Positions 59,201 through 64,000 of a DNA stretch of 64,000 nucleotides are shown piece after piece (the first letter of the stretch is position 1; each line of letters begins with the position of its first letter). The translations under genes were made by a program, and so were the position numbers. Below the pieces are notes generated by a model. It worked only from the letters and a program-made list of their open reading frames with translations, was not told the origin of the DNA and ran no database searches. The stretch comes from Candidatus Shapirobacteria bacterium (GTDB taxonomy: Bacteria > Patescibacteriota > Microgenomatia > UBA12405 > BS750m-G30): contig JBDRHA010000011.1 of NCBI GenBank assembly GCA_043817235.1, forward strand, positions 107,467-171,466. The letters run 5' to 3'.

Positions 59201-59362
59201 ACCCTAATTTTGCGAAGCAAAAAAATCGCGCGCCTTCTTCCTAAAAAAGCGAGGGCTAGGGGCCCGAGCTTAATCACTGTTCGGGGAGGTTCGGATTTGT
59301 TGGTAAAGATCCACCATTTCCAATATGCTCTCTGACTCGGGCGGATTTTGGGCCGCACCCGC
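59201..59362 (+). repeat. Junction 3 (left arm truncated)
   Basis: Right arm with a few substitutions; CCAC 59311, GGCCGC 59351. Confidence 0.88.
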
Positions 59363-59390
59363 AAATATACCTATAAGGGAAAATGTTTAG

Positions 59391-59550
59391 GAGGGTGTTG
59401 AAAAACGCTGTACAACATGCGCACCGCTGGGCGGATGTACCACATTCGCACCCGAGAGTAGCGTCAAAGCGGGACGGCGCTCCAAAATCGGGACTATTTG
59501 ATGCACTTCAGCCCACCAACAACATGCGAACTCACTTTTTCGACACCCTC
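59391..59550. mobile_element. 160-bp MITE-like element with 15-bp terminal inverted repeats
   Basis: GAGGGTGTTGAAAAA ... TTTTTCGACACCCTC (14/15 match); no clear target duplication. Confidence 0.55.
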
Positions 59551-59863
59551 TTTGTGACACATTTGACAAGATTTGGAGTCTGTGGCACATTTGTATTAGT
59601 TGGCAATATGCATCGGCGGAGAGGCTTCATTCAGGAACCAAGTCCGCCGATAGTTTCTGCTATTCTTCGTCTCGACCGATTCTCGAACGATCTTCCCTTC
59701 TCCATTGTCATGAGAGTCGAGCGTGGTGGCGTTCTATTGCCGGTTTCCACGTCTGGCTCATGGAGGTCCCCAGTTGCCGCGTTGATTCGCGGCTTGCGGT
59801 TTTCTACGATGTCTGAAACGGGCGCGTCATGCCCTTGCTCAACCCCAATCTGGAGCGATAAGC

Positions 59864-60400
59864 TTATCTGGTGTTGCTCACTTTGCCACGTGGGTAGCTC
59901 AAGAGTGATCTTCGGTGGTAAAGCGTGATGCGAGCCGCAAGAGCGGCGTTGCCCAGGAACAGCAAAGCTAGCAGCAGAAGATTGATCGTAAATTCGAGTC
60001 CGGGCGATAAGGTGCGTTGAACACCGTCGCCCAAAAATGGAACCATGTACAGCAATGCTAAGATAGTAAACAGGAGCATGTTGACAAGTGTCGCAAGAAA
60101 TCCAAATGCGACAGATATCCACAGGTAAGTTCTTGAGATTCGTGCTTGCTTTCTGCAAAAAGTCCAAACCGAAAAACCGATGACCGCTAATACGGCAGCC
60201 AGAAGCAACACGGCGGCTTGCCATATGACCCCTTCGACAAAATGAGAGATGCCACTCATTTCTCGAAAGGAGTCAAAAGCTGGCCAATACATGTAGCCTA
60301 TAAGGTAGCTCACGGGGGCAGAGAAGGCCATCAGGAGTACGCCGATGAGTGCCCCGAGGCTACAGATTGGTTTACGTAGCGTCAGCTTTTCATCGTCCAT
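59864..60400 (-). CDS. Hypothetical 4-TM membrane protein, GC-richer (cassette 4)
   Basis: Four hydrophobic segments; composition differs from the flanks. Confidence 0.6.
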   Translation of the reverse strand: MDDEKLTLRKPICSLGALIGVLLMAFSAPVSYLIGYMYWPAFDSFREMSGISHFVEGVIWQAAVLLLAAVLAVIGFSVWTFCRKQARISRTYLWISVAFGFLATLVNMLLFTILALLYMVPFLGDGVQRTLSPGLEFTINLLLLALLFLGNAALAARITLYHRRSLLSYPRGKVSNTR

Positions 60401-60440
60401 AACGTATTCTCAAGCTTGAGTATAATCCTTACCTTCATGT

Positions 60441-60980
60441 TTAGGCCTCTTGCTCAACAAAGTCAGAAAGATAGACCCCACTATCTTCATCAATTACTAA
60501 TCCTGGAAAATAATCACTAAGCACCCTAACTTCCAAAATACCCCTGATAACCGGTTGGTGCAAAACCATCGGAGGAATTACTATTGTCTCTCCCAGCTCT
60601 AATTCAACCCTTCTAATCTCGCCTTTTCTCTCCTTAATTACTTGTCTTAATATTTCTGGATCTTTTAGTTGTTTAAAAGGAATGCCTGATTCTCTTAGAT
60701 CCAAAAGATAGACATGTCCCTCCCCATTAACCCAAATTTCCTCCTTTTCATCATCTTGACCAATTTCTACTTTGCCACTCTTAAGAGCATAACGCTTCTC
60801 TCCTTTTCGATTAACGCAAGTAGGCCCCTGTCCTACCTCTAGAGATTCTGCTGAAAAAACATCTCCCCAATATTTTCCCTCGGGAACTTCATAGTCTATC
60901 CCATACGCTAGCAATGGTTCCTGGCCTTCTTCATCAAAACTTACCCGTGCTCCTGGTGGTCTTTCGGCATTAATTGACAT
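60441..60980 (-). CDS. Hypothetical protein, possibly cupin-like
   Basis: ELGETIVIPPMVLHQP resembles cupin motif 2. Confidence 0.5.
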   Translation of the reverse strand: MSINAERPPGARVSFDEEGQEPLLAYGIDYEVPEGKYWGDVFSAESLEVGQGPTCVNRKGEKRYALKSGKVEIGQDDEKEEIWVNGEGHVYLLDLRESGIPFKQLKDPEILRQVIKERKGEIRRVELELGETIVIPPMVLHQPVIRGILEVRVLSDYFPGLVIDEDSGVYLSDFVEQEA

Positions 60981-61023
60981 TAATTTATTTTATCATTAAT
61001 CACGAAAATGATATAATTTAACC

Positions 61024-61548
61024 ATGAATATTCTTGAAGAAATACGTCAAGCAAATAAAAAGCCAAAAGAGATGGCGCTTTTTTTAACCAAAAAGTTCCA
61101 ACAACAAAAACCAACTCCGAAGGAGTATCGCACTGCTCTAGAAAACGCTTCTAAAGTAGAGCAAGGAGTTTTAATTGAAACCATGGAATTTATTACCCAA
61201 GAAAACCCTTCTTTTGCCAAGCCCTTTCTGGGCATTATCATCGAATATATAGCCAGCCCGATTCCCAAGGCAAAATGGGAAGCTGCCCGCATAATCGGTA
61301 ATGTAATTAAAGAGTTACCCACTCAAGCTGAAAAAGGAATTCCCAATCTTTTGGTCAATACTAATGACCAAGGAACAGTTGTTCGTTGGAGTGCTGCCTT
61401 TGCTCTAGGAGAAATTATCAAGCATCACTCCAAAATCCGCCCTAAGCTGATGCCGAAAATAGAAAAAATCATCAAAAAAGAGCAAAACAGCGGAGTAAAA
61501 AACGTCTATCTCAAGGCCTTTAAAGAAATCGAAAAGCAATCAAGTTAA
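61024..61548 (+). CDS. HEAT-repeat protein
   Basis: KWEAARIIGN, VVRWSAAFALGEI. Confidence 0.75.
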   Translation: MNILEEIRQANKKPKEMALFLTKKFQQQKPTPKEYRTALENASKVEQGVLIETMEFITQENPSFAKPFLGIIIEYIASPIPKAKWEAARIIGNVIKELPTQAEKGIPNLLVNTNDQGTVVRWSAAFALGEIIKHHSKIRPKLMPKIEKIIKKEQNSGVKNVYLKAFKEIEKQSS

Positions 61549-61562
61549 TAACTTGAAATATT

Positions 61563-61616
61563 TACCCTAAAACCAGCAAAGTTGGCTAAAAACGCGTACG
61601 CTTTAAAAAAGCGAAG
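61563..61616 (+). repeat. Decayed partial right arm
   Basis: TACCCTAA..hairpin..AAAAACGCGTACGCTTTAAAAAAGCGA resembles the start of the conserved arm. Confidence 0.5.
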
Positions 61617-61625
61617 CAAAAAAAT

Positions 61626-61886
61626 TTAGCCAAAAACAGCTTTTTTTAGGTAACCCTTAATTAAAGATTGATAGGGCACATTAATTTCATTAGCTTGCTC
61701 TTTAATCCGGTTAATCAAATATTCAGGCAAACGAATAGAAATCGCCCTCGTGGTTGGTTTCAGATTAGGAAAAGAGACTCTTTGGAAGTCACTAGACTCA
61801 AAATAATCAGCTAAATTAATTTTAGCCCAAAACTCTCTTTCTTTATCTTCGTCTTTAAACTTTGGCAGTTTAAGTGGCTTTTTCAT
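61626..61886 (-). CDS. BrnA/CopG-family antitoxin
   Basis: LPKFKDEDKEREFW, TRAISIRLP, VPYQSLIK; start at MKKPL. Confidence 0.88.
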   Translation of the reverse strand: MKKPLKLPKFKDEDKEREFWAKINLADYFESSDFQRVSFPNLKPTTRAISIRLPEYLINRIKEQANEINVPYQSLIKGYLKKAVFG

Positions 61887-62166
61887 GTAATTTCCTTTCT
61901 TTTTTATTAACATCTCGGCCAGAAATAACCCTGACCTTTTTGCCCCTAAGGGTAAAAACAACAAATAATAATCTATTTCTTTTTGTTTCTCCTAATAAAA
62001 TGAATCTCTCCTCTTTTTCCGAGTGAAACCGGTCTTTACCAATTACCTTGCTTTCATCAAAAAAAACTTCTTCGCATTCCTTATTAGTTACTTTATGCTT
62101 AATCCAGTTTTTTTCTCTATTCCCTTTATCCCAAATAAACTCGACCGAATTTCCTATTAATAACAT
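61870..62166 (-). CDS. BrnT-family toxin
   Basis: FIWDKGNREKNWIKHKV, EERFILLG, RVISGR..KKERKL. Confidence 0.9.
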   Translation of the reverse strand: MLLIGNSVEFIWDKGNREKNWIKHKVTNKECEEVFFDESKVIGKDRFHSEKEERFILLGETKRNRLLFVVFTLRGKKVRVISGRDVNKKERKLHEKAT

Positions 62167-62219
62167 TTCTGTATCTCTTTATTGTATATACTGTGTTATA
62201 CCTTGTCAAGGGTAATTTC

Positions 62220-62340
62220 AAAATCGCGCGCTTTCCTTTAAAAAAAGCGAGGGCTAAAGGCCTGACCCGCCTGCCGGCAGGCGGGGCTTCCATCGTTAGG
62301 CGGGATTGAGCGAGGTTCGGATTTTTCTATAAGCTTTTGT
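62220..62340 (+). repeat. Most distal, diverged right arm, with an embedded CCCGCCTGCCGGCAGGCGGG palindrome
   Basis: AAAATCGCGCG..AAAAAAGCGAGGGCTA..GAGGTTCGGATTT kept; CCAC core lost. Confidence 0.75.
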
Positions 62341-62353
62341 TAAAATATAATTT

Positions 62354-62599
62354 ATGCCCAAATGGTCGCTAAATATTTTGACTGATAATGCTCTGGCCAA
62401 AATGAAAAAGCACGGATTAAGCCAGGGAGAAATCCAGGGCGCTTTTGAAAGATATCAAAAAAAGGAAAATGGCCCTATTTCTGGTTGTACTAGTTTTATA
62501 AGAATCTTGAGGAGCCGGGAAATCGGGGTTATTGCCCGGCAAAAAGAAAATGGCTTGTGGTGTATAGTCAGCGTCTGGCAAAGAAAGCTTTATAAATGA
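62354..62599 (+). CDS. Small hypothetical protein (DUF4258-like)
   Basis: LTDNALAKMKKHGLS..I...WCIVSVW pattern. Confidence 0.5.
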   Translation: MPKWSLNILTDNALAKMKKHGLSQGEIQGAFERYQKKENGPISGCTSFIRILRSREIGVIARQKENGLWCIVSVWQRKLYK

Positions 62600-62676
62600 T
62601 CAGCTTAAAAAATATAAGAGTTATTTTTATCCTATCTTAATCTACTTATGAACACTCTGGGAATCGGTTTTTATCT

Positions 62677-62704
62677 TGTTTCGATGTATCGATACATCGA
62701 AACA
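62677..62704. repeat. Perfect palindrome, copy 3
   Basis: TGTTTCGATGTATCGATACATCGAAACA, same core as 23697 and 24228. Confidence 0.9.
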
Positions 62705-62779
62705 TAAAAGGGCAATATGTCTTGGCATATTACATTTTCTCCTTGACACCAGAGAGAATAAATATTATCCTAGTTTCAC

Positions 62780-63409
62780 ATGGATACTGAATCTGTAATC
62801 CAAACCCCTGCTCCCCAATCTGCCCGCGAAGCATCTGAGAATAAGGGCCGGGAGCGGCGTGAACGTTTTTCCAAAAGACTTTCCGAAACAAGAGTCGGCC
62901 AAACAATCAATAAGTTTAAAAACTCTGTTAGCACGGGAATTGATGTTTTATTTAGATCTCCGGAGATAATGTCAAATGCGTATGATAAGCTAACTAGCAA
63001 ATTGGAAAAACCTAAAAACAATGCGATTGCCAAAGTGACTAATTTAACTAGAAGAGCTGCGGTTTGGGGTTTAACAAGTATTGCTGAACCAATAGAAAAC
63101 AGAATCAGGTCCATATACGAGATCCCTGCTGGTATTCAAGATTGGAAAGCTGATAGGGTTGCCGGTAGAGCAGAAATGCTAGAGCAAGAGGCATATAAAA
63201 AACAGGAACGCATAACTCAACTTCGTAATTTATTAGCGATGATGGAAAAAGAGGCAACAGGTAGTTACTCTGAGGCTTTATCTGCCGCTTCTACAGCTCA
63301 GGCTGAATCCGAAAAGCTACGCGATCAAGCTGACGGAAGAAGATATGATGCCAAAAATAAATTTAGCAAAGCAAGAAATGCTGTGGCCGCTATTAATGCA
63401 ACAGCTTAA
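62780..63409 (+). CDS. Hypothetical coiled-coil protein
   Basis: ORF with a TTGACA promoter upstream. Confidence 0.6.
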   Translation: MDTESVIQTPAPQSAREASENKGRERRERFSKRLSETRVGQTINKFKNSVSTGIDVLFRSPEIMSNAYDKLTSKLEKPKNNAIAKVTNLTRRAAVWGLTSIAEPIENRIRSIYEIPAGIQDWKADRVAGRAEMLEQEAYKKQERITQLRNLLAMMEKEATGSYSEALSAASTAQAESEKLRDQADGRRYDAKNKFSKARNAVAAINATA

Positions 63410-63427
63410 AATTTTTAAAAATTAATC

Positions 63428-63727
63428 ATGGACTTACAACAATTAAAAGAAACTCTAAATAAAGCCGGATTTTCCGAAGAATCTACTAAAGTAATAAATG
63501 AGATTCTTGATCAAGCTATTGCGCGCGGCTCGATTAAAGCTGAGGAAAAAGAAAAATTATTAGGAATTGTAGACATTGAAACTGAAGCGGCCAATATTGA
63601 AGCGGATGCTTTAGAAGAAGTCGCCGACAGCTTAACTGCCTTTGCCCAAGAAGTTGAGCAAGCCACCGAACAGGCGCTGAAAGAAACAGAAAAAGCGGCA
63701 GATCAAGCTACTTCTGGTCAAAGTTAA
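63428..63727 (+). CDS. Hypothetical acidic helical protein
   Basis: 99-aa ORF, E/A-rich. Confidence 0.55.
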   Translation: MDLQQLKETLNKAGFSEESTKVINEILDQAIARGSIKAEEKEKLLGIVDIETEAANIEADALEEVADSLTAFAQEVEQATEQALKETEKAADQATSGQS

Positions 63728-64000
63728 TTACTTTAGCCTCGTCCATGGGCAAGCCTTCATCATCTAAGGCCGCCTGGTAAACCTGCTTCATATCGGAATG
63801 AACGATTTCTTTTTCGTCAAGACCTAAAAACTCTTTCTTGGTGAACCAGCGGCCCTCTTGAACATCCGAATCAGTCACTTTTTTCCGTTCTTCACTTTTC
63901 AGGCGCACTTCAAGAACAATAAACATCCAAGAGGCACTATTTTTAGTACCCTGATACAGACCCAATATTGATTTGGGCTCAACCTTATAGCCTGTTTCTT
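63708..64000 (-). CDS. Probable NUDIX hydrolase, C-terminal part (starts outside the window)
   Basis: ETGYKVEPKSILGLYQ..., DVQEGRWFT, typical of the region after the Nudix box. Confidence 0.6.
   Translation of the reverse strand, partial: ETGYKVEPKSILGLYQGTKNSASWMFIVLEVRLKSEERKKVTDSDVQEGRWFTKKEFLGLDEKEIVHSDMKQVYQAALDDEGLPMDEAKVINFDQK

Larger units (their letters stand above)
54512..62340 (+). mobile_element. tRNA-anchored tandem cassette array (4-5 units)
   Basis: Repeated junctions [arm]-CCAC-36 nt-GGCCGC-[arm] at 54512, 56470, 57946 and 59311, plus decayed arms at about 61563 and 62220. Confidence 0.75.

Noticed and set aside
54512-59356. CRISPR array (constant 36-nt variable segments between conserved sequences)
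   Set aside because: Units are 1.4-2 kb apart and separated by genes, the two flanks are different sequences rather than one direct repeat, and no cas genes are in the window.
57666-59364. Small ORFs over the junction repeats (57666-58016, 57796-57981, 59179-59364)
   Set aside because: They translate repeat DNA, and their frames and lengths are not conserved between copies.
59383-60224. ORFs 59383-59928 (+) and 59631-60224 (-)
   Set aside because: They overlap the MITE-like element and the better-supported membrane ORF; no domain recognised.
54512-62340. Classical integron with attC sites
   Set aside because: No intI, and the junctions lack the RYYYAAC...GTTRRRY paired-box structure. The array is tied to a tRNA core instead.
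1-64000. Alternative genetic code (TGA recoding as in Gracilibacteria)
   Set aside because: Conserved genes translate full-length in code 11 and several end in TGA (e.g. rmuC, the MBL hydrolase).

Overview
AT-rich bacterial chromosome segment (code 11). Gene content and style suggest Patescibacteria/CPR, probably Microgenomates (inference, not a phylogeny). Core genes: nusA (partial), hrcA-grpE-dnaK-dnaJ with a CIRCE, rmuC, two UvrD/PcrA helicases (one with an intein and a C-terminal nuclease), femAB-like, murJ, rpsT, metG, tatD, pilN/pilO, two GT-C glycosylation clusters, a 1785-aa surface protein and tRNA-Ile(GAT). Two structures stand out. (1) A tandem array of 4-5 small cargo cassettes (MFS, GNAT, DedA-like, NUDIX, endonuclease III-like, HEAT, BrnTA) is anchored at the tRNA-Ile 3' end. 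Each junction has a conserved arm, a CCAC core shared with the tRNA end, an exactly 36-nt variable segment and a GGCCGC arm that carries a promoter-like motif. Conservation decays away from the tRNA and no recombinase is present in the window. This looks like an integron-like tRNA-anchored cassette system. (2) A GC-rich purine-scavenging island (two BMP lipoproteins, an adenine deaminase with a signal peptide) has each transcription unit enclosed by complementary boxA-like arms and followed by an identical 55-bp hairpin. Other oddities: a palindrome-flanked TrpR-like gene, an in-frame palindromic element in tatD, a GIY-YIG-like intein and widespread leaderless promoter architecture. All calls come from reading the sequence; no database searches were run.
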